In this document: in pieces, positions 1 through 9,249 of the stretch
How the letters are laid out: the number at the start of each line of letters is the position of its first letter
Position numbering within the stretch: the first letter of the stretch is position 1
DNA from: Minisyncoccota bacterium
GTDB taxonomy: Bacteria > Patescibacteriota > Minisyncoccia > Phycocordibacterales > UBA9973
Length of the DNA stretch: 64,000 nt
NCBI GenBank assembly: GCA_031973235.1
Contig: DALYDM010000001.1
Span: 16,129-80,128 of the forward strand
Direction: 5' to 3'
The notes under the pieces: generated by a model
Told to the model about the DNA's origin: nothing
The model's input: only the letters and a program-made list of their open reading frames with translations
The model's database searches: none
Made by a program: the position numbers and the translations under genes

Positions 1-106
1 GCAAATCACGAACATGTCCGACTGATGCGCGGACAGTATATTTGCCATCGAGATATTTCTCGATGGTTTTTGCTTTTGATGGTGACTCGACGATGAGTAA
101 TTTCAT
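1..106 (-). CDS. topA: DNA topoisomerase I, N-terminal fragment (gene runs off window start)
   Basis: Reverse-strand translation from the ATG at 106 gives [35 protein letters not shown], the canonical TopA Toprim N-terminus; it lies downstream of dprA, the conserved dprA-topA arrangement. Confidence 0.85.
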   Translation of the reverse strand, partial: MKLLIVESPSKAKTIEKYLDGKYTVRASVGHVRDL

Positions 107-257
107 GATAGTAAAAAGTAATAAATGATTAGGAAATAGTGAAATAAATTTATGGCACGTGTGTATTTACAGTACCATATCGAACTGCAAATAATATGTG
201 AGTACTTGCAAGTAATACTATATATAGAATATTTTTGCAAATATCAGTTAAAGTTTA

Positions 258-1118
258 TTACATTATCTTTCTAATTTTTCCTAACGATTCAGAAATCAGC
301 CCTTTGATTTCAAGTAGGGAAATAATTGCATTTGCACTTGGTGCTGACATTTCCGACTGTGCAATAAGCTCATCTCGCGAAAGTGGTTCATCAAGAAGTG
401 AAAGAAGTTTCTTTTCATCCGGACTTGCATCTTCGAGTTCGGAAAATGTTTGCTGTGTTGGCACGAGTGGATCAATGAGTCCAAATGCATTCAATATATC
501 TTCCGCACAGGTGATAGGCGTAGCGCCAAGTTTGATAAATTTGTTCGTACCTTTTGATGTCTCAGAAAATATTGATCCCGGCACTGCAAATACATCACGA
601 TTGTAATCCACTGCCATACGTGCAGTGATGAGTGTGCCGGATTTCTCCTCAGCTTCGATGAGTATGACTGCTTGAGAAATTCCTGCCATGATTCTGTTTC
701 GCTGTGGAAAGCTCCATAGTGTTGCTCGAAAATCAGGTTCAAACTCAGAAATAAGACAACCACCTTTTCGCACTATCAAATCTGCAAGTCCGCGATTTGC
801 CGAGGGATAAAGCACTTTATCATCAAGTCCAGAACCTGGTATTGCGATTGTAGGAAGCCCTACTTCCATTGCAACCTTGTGAGCAATACTGTCTATGCCG
901 AGTGCGAGTCCGGATACAATACATATAGGATACCCTTTGAGTCCGCGAATTATCTTTTCGCACGCGTCTTTGCCGTAGCTCGTGTGTTTTCGTGAGCCAA
1001 CAACTGATACATATATATAGTCTTTTGGTGGGAGTTCGCCTCGAATATATAAATGGTCGGGAATTTGAGGAATTTCAAGAAGTGATTGAGGAAATTCATC
1101 GTGATGAAGAATACGCAT
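258..1118 (-). CDS. dprA: DNA processing protein DprA (Smf)
   Basis: 286 aa with a Rossmann-like DprA core (VVGSRKHTSYGKDA...GIDSIAHKVAMEVGLPTIAIPGSGLD...LISEFEPD) and a C-terminal winged-helix tail. Confidence 0.9.
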   Translation of the reverse strand: MRILHHDEFPQSLLEIPQIPDHLYIRGELPPKDYIYVSVVGSRKHTSYGKDACEKIIRGLKGYPICIVSGLALGIDSIAHKVAMEVGLPTIAIPGSGLDDKVLYPSANRGLADLIVRKGGCLISEFEPDFRATLWSFPQRNRIMAGISQAVILIEAEEKSGTLITARMAVDYNRDVFAVPGSIFSETSKGTNKFIKLGATPITCAEDILNAFGLIDPLVPTQQTFSELEDASPDEKKLLSLLDEPLSRDELIAQSEMSAPSANAIISLLEIKGLISESLGKIRKIM

Positions 1119-1249
1119 ATTTTAAGTGTATGACTCAAGTTTAAAAACAGAAAGTGGAAAGTTGATTAAAATTATTGTTGCTTTGAAAACAAGTATGAAT
1201 TTGCTACTATTGTTCTATTGCTAGTTACTAACTCCTAGCGCATACTTCC

Positions 1250-2515
1250 ATGTTGGACATAAAATTCATTCGAGAAAATAAAGAGATTATTGAAGCAGGT
1301 GCACAAAAAAAGCGCATGTCATTTGATGTTGCGAAGCTTATTGAAGTAGACGACAAACGAATGGGTCTTTTGAAAACTGTCGAAAATCTTCGTTTTGAGC
1401 AAAACAAAGCGTCGGTAGATCTTGGAGGTACTCTCACACCAGAAGCACGCGCAGCCTTAATTTCTGAAATGTCTGATCTTAAGGAAGATTTGAAAAAACT
1501 CGAAGAAGATCTTCGTGAGGTCATGCATGAATGGCAAGCGCTCATGCTTCAAGTTCCAAATGTTCCTGATATTTCTGTCCCAGAAGGTGAAAGTGATGAA
1601 GACAATCAAGAAGTGAAAACATGGGGAGAGAAGCCAGAATTTTCATTTGAACCAAAAGATCATGTTGAACTCATGACCGCACTAAAGATGGTGGACTTCG
1701 AACGTGGTACAAAAGTACACGGATTTCGCGGATATTTCTTGATGGGTGAAGGTGCACGTCTTTCAATGGCAATTTGGAATTACGCGATGGATTTTTGGTC
1801 ACAAAAAGGATTCACTCCAATTCTTCCTCCAATTCTTGATCGACGAGAAGCGTTTATGGGTTCAGGGTATCTTCCACAAGGAGAAGAAGATTTGTACGAA
1901 ACTCAAGATGGAGATTTTTTTGCTGGGACTGCTGAAGTTCCAATCATGGCATATCATTCAGATGAAGTAATGCCACTTTCTGATTTACCAAAAAAGTATC
2001 TTGGATTTTCTCCTTGCTATCGACGTGAAGCAGGAAGTCATTCAAAAGATGTCAAAGGTCTCATTCGCGTCCACGAATTCTACAAGCTCGAGCAAGTGGT
2101 ACTTTGCGAAGCATCACATACTGAAAGCGTGAAGCTCCATGAAGAAATAAACAGAAACACAGAGGAGTTTATTGAAAGTCTCGGTATTCCATATCATACA
2201 GTGGTGAACTGTGGTGGCGACCTCGGACTTGGACAGGTGAAAAAATACGATATAGAACTCTGGGTTCCAAAGGAAGGAAAGTATCGAGAAATTTCATCTG
2301 CGTCATATTTCCACGATTTCCAAACTCGTCGAAGTGGTATTCGCTACAAAGATGAAGAAGGAAAAATGCGTTTTGCTCACTCACTCAATTGTACAGCCAT
2401 TCCAACACCGCGAATTCTTGTGTCATTAGTTGAGAATTTCCAAAAGGAAGATGGTTCAATAGTAATTCCAGAAGTACTTCGTCCATATATGGGAGGAAAA
2501 GATTTGATTAAGTAA
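1250..2515 (+). CDS. serS: seryl-tRNA synthetase
   Basis: 421 aa with an N-terminal coiled-coil arm and class II aaRS core motifs (FxGYFLMGEGARL, CYRREAGSHSKD, GLIRVHEFYKLEQV). Confidence 0.93.
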   Translation: MLDIKFIRENKEIIEAGAQKKRMSFDVAKLIEVDDKRMGLLKTVENLRFEQNKASVDLGGTLTPEARAALISEMSDLKEDLKKLEEDLREVMHEWQALMLQVPNVPDISVPEGESDEDNQEVKTWGEKPEFSFEPKDHVELMTALKMVDFERGTKVHGFRGYFLMGEGARLSMAIWNYAMDFWSQKGFTPILPPILDRREAFMGSGYLPQGEEDLYETQDGDFFAGTAEVPIMAYHSDEVMPLSDLPKKYLGFSPCYRREAGSHSKDVKGLIRVHEFYKLEQVVLCEASHTESVKLHEEINRNTEEFIESLGIPYHTVVNCGGDLGLGQVKKYDIELWVPKEGKYREISSASYFHDFQTRRSGIRYKDEEGKMRFAHSLNCTAIPTPRILVSLVENFQKEDGSIVIPEVLRPYMGGKDLIK

Positions 2516-2581
2516 TTTCCATATTTGCTAGTATTGTTTTTGTGTCAGAAGTATACATTAAAAAATTAGTAGCTCATTTAT

Positions 2582-3472
2582 ATGCCTCCACAAGGAAGAA
2601 GACTTATGCGGGACGATCTTCGTCCGTCACATATCGTCCAAAGAAAACGCAAAAAAGCAAAGCGTGTGGCACTTGTTATTTCTTTGCTCGTGTGTCTTCT
2701 TGTGGGATCAATGGTATACATTTCCAGGCTTCAATCTCTCAAGATTTCTTCAGTAGAAGTTGTGGGAAATAAAGTTATAGATTCAGATGAAGTCAACGAT
2801 ATTGTCACCAAGACGTTGTCCGGAAATTATTTGTTCGTCTTCCCAAAAAACAATTTTCTAATTTATCCAAACAGAGAATTGCTTAATGTACTTGAAACAA
2901 CATTTCCACGTGCAGAGTACATCACAACAAGTTTGGAAAATCAGAAACTAATTATAGAAATGAAAGAACGCGGAGGAAGGTTTTTGTGGTGCGGAGAAAT
3001 CCCTACAGAAACACCAACCGAAGAAGAATGTTACTTTACTGATGGTAGAGGTTATATTTTTGATAAATCGCCGTATTTTTCTGACAATGTGTATTTGAAA
3101 ATATATGGAATAAGAGAATCAGGCAGTGAATCAATTGTCGGAAGTAAAATATTGTCTGAAGAAGCATTTTTGAAAGTAGTAAATCTTCGCGCAGTACTCT
3201 ATGAAAAAGGCGTACAATCCACCAGACTTTTTTTGAAACCAGACGGAGATTATGAATTTTATTTGGCGCACTCTTCTGATGAAGGAGTAACACGACCAAA
3301 GATTCTTTTTTCAAAAAATAGTGATTTTCTCACTATTGCCAACAATCTTATTTCAGCGCTTGAAAATGAACCACTCAAAACAGATTTCAAAGAAAAGTAT
3401 TCTTCGCTACTGTATCTTGATGCACGATTTGATAACAAAGTATTTTTTAAATTCAAAGAAACATCTCAATAA
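2582..3472 (+). CDS. cell division protein FtsQ/DivIB-like (POTRA domain)
   Basis: N-terminal TM anchor followed by a POTRA-like segment (ISSVEVVGNKVIDSDEV...LFVFPKNNFLIYPNRELLNVLETTFPRAEYITTSLENQKLIIEMKER). Confidence 0.55.
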   Translation: MPPQGRRLMRDDLRPSHIVQRKRKKAKRVALVISLLVCLLVGSMVYISRLQSLKISSVEVVGNKVIDSDEVNDIVTKTLSGNYLFVFPKNNFLIYPNRELLNVLETTFPRAEYITTSLENQKLIIEMKERGGRFLWCGEIPTETPTEEECYFTDGRGYIFDKSPYFSDNVYLKIYGIRESGSESIVGSKILSEEAFLKVVNLRAVLYEKGVQSTRLFLKPDGDYEFYLAHSSDEGVTRPKILFSKNSDFLTIANNLISALENEPLKTDFKEKYSSLLYLDARFDNKVFFKFKETSQ

Positions 3473-3477
3473 TATTC

Positions 3478-4563
3478 ATGTCTAATTTTTGGAAACAACT
3501 ACCAAAACCATTTTTTGCACTTGCACCGATGGCCGATGTCACAGACGCGGCTTTTCGACAAATCATCTGTAAATATTCTCGGCATGGACAAGAGGGTGGT
3601 GGCCCGGATGTGGTGTGGACAGAGTTTGTATCTGCGGATGGGCTAGTGTCACGTGGGCGAGAAGCGCTGATGAAAGATTTGATGTTTTCAGAAAATGAGA
3701 GACCAATTGTGGTACAACTTTTTTCTTCAAAGCCAGAAAATATGAAAGAAGCATCTCGAATATGTGCCGAGCTTGGATTTGATGGAATAGATATCAATAT
3801 GGGTTGCCCAGATCGTGCCATTGAGAAACAAGGTTGCGGTTCGGCGATGATCAAGACTCCTGAAGTTGCAGTGAAAATTATTCAAGCAGCAAAAGATGGC
3901 ATTGCTCTCGCAGGAAAAGATATTCCTGTGTCAGTGAAAACTCGTATTGGATACAATACAAATGAAATAGATACGTGGATTCCACTTTTACTTAAGCAAA
4001 ATATTTCAGCACTCACGATTCACGCACGAACGAGGAAGGAGATGTCAAAAGTTCCTGCACGATGGGAACATATTAAAGAGGTAGTTGATATCAGAAATAA
4101 ACTCGGTGTTGATACGGTGATTCTAGGCAATGGTGATGTGACTGATATTGGTGACGGACTTAAGAAAGCAAAAGAATCTGGTTGTGATGGTGTGATGATT
4201 GGACGAGCACTTTTCGGGAATCCATGGCTGTTTGATAGAAATAAAAGTGTGGTATCAAAGCCATCATCGTGGCATAGATTTATAACTTGGTTGCTACCAA
4301 AAGAATTGGCCAAGAAAATCGTGGGAGACAAACGTTATACTCAAATGGATGTCCCAATTCATGAAAGACTAAATGTTCTTGTGGAGCATTCCGAGCTTTT
4401 CGAAGAACTGCTTGGTGATGTGAAGCACTTTGCGATAATGAAAAAGCATTTCAAGGCGTATGTGCATGGATTTCGTGGATCAAAAGAACTTCGAGTCAAA
4501 TTGATGGAAGAGGGGAATACTGCCAGTGCAGTAAGGGGAATTGTGGAAAATGCAAAGGTTTAG
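3478..4563 (+). CDS. dus: tRNA-dihydrouridine synthase (Dus family)
   Basis: 361 aa with APMADVTDAAFRQI, VVQLFSSKPE and DGIDINMGCP motifs and TIM-barrel Dus catalytic residues. Confidence 0.9.
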   Translation: MSNFWKQLPKPFFALAPMADVTDAAFRQIICKYSRHGQEGGGPDVVWTEFVSADGLVSRGREALMKDLMFSENERPIVVQLFSSKPENMKEASRICAELGFDGIDINMGCPDRAIEKQGCGSAMIKTPEVAVKIIQAAKDGIALAGKDIPVSVKTRIGYNTNEIDTWIPLLLKQNISALTIHARTRKEMSKVPARWEHIKEVVDIRNKLGVDTVILGNGDVTDIGDGLKKAKESGCDGVMIGRALFGNPWLFDRNKSVVSKPSSWHRFITWLLPKELAKKIVGDKRYTQMDVPIHERLNVLVEHSELFEELLGDVKHFAIMKKHFKAYVHGFRGSKELRVKLMEEGNTASAVRGIVENAKV

Positions 4564-4581
4564 ATTTTAAATAATTTTTTT

Positions 4582-4674
4582 AATCCTCCGCATTTGGAAC
4601 ACGTATATTTGCCTGCTGGCAAATTACTATGCTCGGCTCGTCAGCCTTGCGCAATGTTCCAAATGCGGAGGATT
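4582..4674. repeat. 93-bp element with perfect 20-bp terminal inverted repeats (MITE-like or structured RNA)
   Basis: aatcctccgcatttggaaca (4582-4601) is exactly reverse-complemented at 4655-4674. The 53-nt loop holds two small hairpins (tttgcc-tgct-ggcaaa; ggct-cgtc-agcc). The tttggaacac(g/t)tatat motif recurs at 4695-4712. Confidence 0.5.
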
Positions 4675-4823
4675 CTGGTTTTTGGAAAACCACAAATAAA
4701 TTTAATCTTTCGTTTTGGAACACTTATATATTGTACTCAACGTTGAGCATGGTATACATTTGTGCGTTAGTGTGTTATGGTTAACCTGTTGGTCGCTTTT
4801 TTAAATTTTAAATTCAAACTACT

Positions 4824-4988
4824 ATGAACAATGACGATACAATCATCAAGACTGATGAAGCAACTGTAGAAGTACAAGCTACAGAAGAAGCGACAGTAAA
4901 AGCTGAAGAAGTTGCTGCAGAAGAAGCTGAAATGGCTTCTGAGGAAGCTACTACTGAAGGAGCAGAAGGGGAAGTTGAAGCTGAATAA
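4824..4988 (+). CDS. small highly acidic protein (54 aa; below ORF-track cutoff)
   Basis: ATG at 4824 gives MNNDDTIIKTDEATVEVQATEEATVKAEEVAAEEAEMASEEATTEGAEGEVEAE; a strong intrinsic terminator follows at 4999-5032. Confidence 0.4.
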   Translation: MNNDDTIIKTDEATVEVQATEEATVKAEEVAAEEAEMASEEATTEGAEGEVEAE

Positions 4989-4998
4989 GCTACAATTC

Positions 4999-5032
4999 AA
5001 AAGGGCGACGGCCATGGCCGTCGCCCTTTTGA
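4999..5032 (+). terminator. rho-independent terminator
   Basis: aaaagggcgacggcc-atg-gccgtcgccctttt: a perfect GC-rich hairpin followed by a T-run. Confidence 0.8.
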
Positions 5033-5074
5033 ATTTCTCATTTTCCAATATTTTCACTATGCTATAATGCACAC

Positions 5075-6112
5075 ATGTCAGAAATTTCACTCTATCGTAA
5101 ATATAGACCAAAGGATTTTGGAGAGGTTGTTGGACAAGATCATGTCGTATCAGTACTACAAGGTGCACTCAAGAAAGGTGCAGTAGGACATGCGTATCTT
5201 TTTGTAGGAACACGAGGAACAGGTAAGACTTCTGTCGCACGAATTTTCTCACGCGAACTCGGATGTGCACCAGAAGATATCTACGAACTCGATGCCGCTT
5301 CAAACAATGGAGTAGAAGATATTCGTGAACTCACCGAAGGTGTGCACTCGCTACCGTTTTCTTCAAAATACAAAGTGTATATTCTCGATGAAGTACACAT
5401 GCTTTCAAAGTCTGCTGCAAATGCATTTCTCAAAACTCTCGAAGAACCACCGAGGCATGTGATATTTATTCTCGCAACAACAGACCCAGAAAAACTCCCA
5501 GAGACAATCGTCTCACGCTGTCAGGTGTTTACATTCAAAAAGCCATCTGAAAATATTCTGAAAAATGTCGTGATAGATGTGGCAAAGAAAGAAGGCATTG
5601 CACTTGAGCCTGCGGGTGCAGAAATTGTGGCTATCGCTGGAGATGGATCATTTCGTGACACACTCGGTATTTTGCAAAAGGTACTCAATTATTCTACAGA
5701 CAAGAAAATTTCTGCTGATGAAATCGAGCGTGTGACAGGTGCGCCCAAGTCTACTTTGGTCAACGAATACATTCACGGACTTATATTGCGTGATTCTGAA
5801 AAATGTTTGAAAGCAGTACAAAGTGCAAAGAATGCTCAAGTCGACATGAAGCTTTATTTGAAACTCGTAATGCATACATTTCGCCAAGGTCTTCTCGTAC
5901 GATTTGCTCCAACGATGAAAAAAGAAATTGAAGAAGCACTTTCCGAAAGTGACAAAATTTTCCTTGAAGGAATAGCAAAAGAGAAGGAGGGTGTGCTCGC
6001 CTCAAAGACTCTTGTCACCATGCTTCGTGTGTATGAAGAATTCTCCGATGCATTCATCCCCACACTTCCACTCGAAATCCTTGCACTCAAAGTTGCAAAC
6101 AGAGAAGAATAA
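5075..6112 (+). CDS. dnaX: DNA polymerase III subunit gamma/tau (short form)
   Basis: 345 aa with YRPKDFGEVVGQDHV, Walker A GTRGTGKTS and the clamp-loader AAA+ core; truncated relative to E. coli tau. Confidence 0.9.
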   Translation: MSEISLYRKYRPKDFGEVVGQDHVVSVLQGALKKGAVGHAYLFVGTRGTGKTSVARIFSRELGCAPEDIYELDAASNNGVEDIRELTEGVHSLPFSSKYKVYILDEVHMLSKSAANAFLKTLEEPPRHVIFILATTDPEKLPETIVSRCQVFTFKKPSENILKNVVIDVAKKEGIALEPAGAEIVAIAGDGSFRDTLGILQKVLNYSTDKKISADEIERVTGAPKSTLVNEYIHGLILRDSEKCLKAVQSAKNAQVDMKLYLKLVMHTFRQGLLVRFAPTMKKEIEEALSESDKIFLEGIAKEKEGVLASKTLVTMLRVYEEFSDAFIPTLPLEILALKVANREE

Positions 6113-6113
6113 T

Positions 6114-6140
6114 AAAAGCCCGTATCCTCGGGCTTTTATT
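6114..6140 (+). terminator. rho-independent terminator
   Basis: aaaagcccg-tatcct-cgggctttt hairpin plus T-run directly after the dnaX stop. Confidence 0.75.
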
Positions 6141-6188
6141 TATGACTGGAAAAATTCCTAATTATTTGGTATAGTTTTCACGTGTTAT

Positions 6189-6259
6189 TGGGGTATCGTC
6201 TAATGGTAGGACAGAGGCCTTTGAAGCCTTTAATCGTGGTTCGAATCCATGTACCCCAG
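6189..6259 (+). tRNA. tRNA-Gln (anticodon TTG)
   Basis: tggggtatcgtctaatggtagg...gaggc-cTTTGaa-gcctt...ggttcgaatcc...taccccag gives a cloverleaf with a 7-nt anticodon loop reading UUG; the 5' end resembles bacterial tRNA-Gln; CCA is not encoded. Confidence 0.7.
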
Positions 6260-6377
6260 CAAAAATAAGAACTTGATTAAAAACTGTGTGTTTAGAATTT
6301 TAATTATTCCAGTACGACACTTTTAAATAGTAGACATAATGCTTGTTTTGTGATATAGTATTATAACAAATTTATAC

Positions 6378-7679
6378 ATGAAAAAGAAGTTTAAATTCGA
6401 TTCAATATCGTTTAGTAGTTTTCTCGCTGCAGCGGGATTTTTTATACTTTTTGAAATAATATTTTTCTATAAACTGGTTCAAATTTTTAATGTTGAGCAT
6501 TCAGGAATTGTAATTTCATATGTAATTTTATCTACCTTCTTTTTGCTTTCTCGACCAATTATCGCTCTTTTTTACAAAGACATACATAAAGGAATAGACA
6601 TAGAAGGCATAGAACTTCCTAAGGTTTCTTTTATAATTGCTGCCAAGAACGAGCAAGATTCTATCTATTCAACAATTAAAGCATGTATGGACTCAGAGTA
6701 TCCGGGTTCTTTTGAGTGTATTGTTGTAGATGATGGTTCAACTGATAATACTCTCTTGGAAATGAACAGAGCTAAGGCAGATTTTTCGACTCGCTCACAT
6801 CTGGTTAAGGTTATTTCATTTAAAGAAAACAAAGGAAAACGAGAGGGTATGACAGCAGGTTTTCTTGTTGCTAAAGGAGAAATTGTCGTGTTCGTTGATT
6901 CTGATAGTTTTGTTAAACCAAATGCACTCATGCATATAGTCGAACATTTTCTTGAAGATGCAACAATTGGGGCAATTTCTGGGAATACTCTTGTTGAAAA
7001 CCATGACACAAATATTCTCACAAAGATGCAATCAGCTCGATATGGTATTTCTTTTGATATTTTTAAATCATGTGAAAGTGTATTCGGTGCTGTTACTTGT
7101 TGCCCAGGATGTTTTTCTGCGTATCGTTATGATGTAGTTGCAGATATTTTGGAAGATTGGCGGAATCGAACAGTATTTGGAACAAAAAGTACTTTTGGTG
7201 ATGATCGAAGTCTTACAAATTTTGTACTTAAAAAGAAATGGAAGGTTCATTATTGTCGACACGCTCAAGCAACAACAATAGTTCCAGAAACATACAGCAA
7301 GTTTATTAAGCAGCAATTGCGATGGAAAAAATCTTGGATTCGAGAAGGGCTTTTTGGTGCAGCAGCGTTTATGTGGAGAAAACATCCACTTGCATCGATT
7401 GCATTCTATACAAATCTTATAATTCCTATTGTAGGTCCGTTTATTGTTTTGTATGGACTCTATGCAAAAATAATTCACGGTGAATGGATTGCGACACTGC
7501 TTTTTTGTCTTAGTGTTTCAATGATGAGTCTTGCGTATGGTTTGTATCACTACGCACAAACAAAGCACAAAGATTTCTTATACTCAATTCCGTTTACACT
7601 TTTCTATTCAGTAGTTTTAGTATGGCAAATGCCTTGGGCGATTATTAAACTTCGTGACAGTAAGTGGGGAACTCGTTAA
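6378..7679 (+). CDS. processive family-2 glycosyltransferase (PgaC/NodC/HasA-like polysaccharide synthase)
   Basis: 433 aa with N- and C-terminal TM helices, a GT2 core (VVDDGSTDNT, VFVDSDS) and the processive-synthase Q(Q)xRW motif (QQLRWKKSW). Confidence 0.8.
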   Translation: MKKKFKFDSISFSSFLAAAGFFILFEIIFFYKLVQIFNVEHSGIVISYVILSTFFLLSRPIIALFYKDIHKGIDIEGIELPKVSFIIAAKNEQDSIYSTIKACMDSEYPGSFECIVVDDGSTDNTLLEMNRAKADFSTRSHLVKVISFKENKGKREGMTAGFLVAKGEIVVFVDSDSFVKPNALMHIVEHFLEDATIGAISGNTLVENHDTNILTKMQSARYGISFDIFKSCESVFGAVTCCPGCFSAYRYDVVADILEDWRNRTVFGTKSTFGDDRSLTNFVLKKKWKVHYCRHAQATTIVPETYSKFIKQQLRWKKSWIREGLFGAAAFMWRKHPLASIAFYTNLIIPIVGPFIVLYGLYAKIIHGEWIATLLFCLSVSMMSLAYGLYHYAQTKHKDFLYSIPFTLFYSVVLVWQMPWAIIKLRDSKWGTR

Positions 7680-7696
7680 GATTTAGGACTATTTTT

Positions 7697-9223
7697 ATGA
7701 ATACAATTTTAAAATCTGTAATAATTACACTTATTGTCGTGAGTACTGGTTTGGGAATGTACTTTTTTTTCGGACAGAATGTAGCAAAAGAATTGGGTAA
7801 ATATCGTATCGGGTATGTAAATTATCGTATGCCTCAAAGCCTCGAACCTAAAGATGTGAGTATGCTCCCACCTGCCTCGTATGTACCGATACTTATGTAT
7901 CACGGTGTAATCAAAGTAAGTGATAATGATAATACTTCATATGGAAATTTTGTTGATGTGATGGAGTATTTAAAACGAGAGGGGTATCAAACTATATCAC
8001 TTGATGAGTACAATAAGTTTCGAATGGGAAATTTTGTGCTTCCACCAAAACCAATAATAATTACTTTTGATGATGGAAGAAAAGATAGTTATTATACAAC
8101 CGATGATGTATTTAATAAACTCGGATTTAAAGCAACAATTTTTGTTGCCACTGGACCAATGGTGGATGGCAATTCATTTTATTTAGACAAGAGCGAATTG
8201 AAGAAAATGTCCGAATCTGGTCGATGGGAAATAGAAGCGCATGGTCGGTATTCGCATAATAAAATAAAAATAAATAACTCGTCTACTTCTTCTGATTTAA
8301 ATGAAGGTAGATTTCTTACATCAAAGATGTATTTAGAAAATGAACAAAGATTAGAAACTGATGAAGAATTTATAAATAGAGTAAGAAATGACTATGTTGT
8401 TGGTAATCAAGATATAAAAAATATTATAGGTAAAGAGCCACGCTTTTTTGCAATTCCGCTTAATGACTACGGTGATTCGGATTTTGGTAATTTTCCTCAG
8501 GCGGTTGAAATAAATAACAATATTGCAAAAGAGTTATATAGCCTAGCGTTTATTCAAGGAAATGAATTTGATGATGTGACTGTTGTATTAGAATCACCAT
8601 ATAATGGTGTTGATACTGATCCGATGCGTATGCGAAGACTTGAAATGAAAAATATGTCATCAACGCAACTTGATAGCATTCTTACATCACGAATACCGTC
8701 TGAACCCGAGTTTGTACTTTCAGATATCACACTTAAACAAATTCCCAAAAAGCAAAGAATTTCGGGAGAGCTTACTACGCACGCTGAAGGATTTGAAATA
8801 AAGGCATCGGAACCAAATGGGAATGCATCATTTGAAGTAGGTGAACATTTTTGGAAGAATTATACTGTCTCAAGCACCTTTGATATTATCGAAGGTGACT
8901 CAGTCTATCTTTTTGCACGACATGAAAGTGAAAATTCATACTATGCGTGTGGTGTGTCTGGAAATACACTTTTTATAAGAAAGGTTATAAATGGTAATAC
9001 TTCATACCTTGCAACTGAGCATCTTGATTTTTCGATATATGAACAAAAGAATTTATTGTTAGATTTTGATTTGGTAGGTACAGATATTTCATGTATGCTG
9101 AATAATTCAATAACGGCGATTTCAAAAGATTCTGCAATCTCAATGGGTGATTCAGGTATGATTATATGGAGTGAGTCCAGTATTGCGCATAGTATTATTC
9201 ATGATTTTAGCGTAGTGAAATAG
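7697..9223 (+). CDS. membrane-anchored polysaccharide deacetylase (CE4/NodB) with an extra C-terminal beta-rich domain
   Basis: TM anchor, then a CE4 signature (VPILMYHGV...IITFDDGRKD...EIEAHG). The C-terminal ~150 aa are paralogous to the C-terminus of the next gene. Start is taken at the internal ATG 7697 (MNTILKSV), 18 nt after the upstream stop. Confidence 0.75.
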   Translation: MNTILKSVIITLIVVSTGLGMYFFFGQNVAKELGKYRIGYVNYRMPQSLEPKDVSMLPPASYVPILMYHGVIKVSDNDNTSYGNFVDVMEYLKREGYQTISLDEYNKFRMGNFVLPPKPIIITFDDGRKDSYYTTDDVFNKLGFKATIFVATGPMVDGNSFYLDKSELKKMSESGRWEIEAHGRYSHNKIKINNSSTSSDLNEGRFLTSKMYLENEQRLETDEEFINRVRNDYVVGNQDIKNIIGKEPRFFAIPLNDYGDSDFGNFPQAVEINNNIAKELYSLAFIQGNEFDDVTVVLESPYNGVDTDPMRMRRLEMKNMSSTQLDSILTSRIPSEPEFVLSDITLKQIPKKQRISGELTTHAEGFEIKASEPNGNASFEVGEHFWKNYTVSSTFDIIEGDSVYLFARHESENSYYACGVSGNTLFIRKVINGNTSYLATEHLDFSIYEQKNLLLDFDLVGTDISCMLNNSITAISKDSAISMGDSGMIIWSESSIAHSIIHDFSVVK

Positions 9224-9249
9224 TGGGAAATATATAGTACACTATAGGC

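Noticed and set aside
1228-1545. 105-aa minus-strand ORF
   Set aside because: Entirely antisense to serS, with Ser/Arg-rich low-complexity translation; an artefact of the opposite-strand coding frame. The same reasoning applies to the many other short antisense ORFs in the track, e.g. 296-490, 3453-3854, 7068-7478, 39498-40088, 44258-44575 and 54210-54659.
6189-6259. Alternative reading of this tRNA as tRNA-Ser(TGA)
   Set aside because: Shifting the anticodon stem by one gives TGA, but the variable arm is short (type I) and the 3' stem does not pair in that register. The Gln(TTG) register pairs cleanly and the 5' end matches tRNA-Gln.
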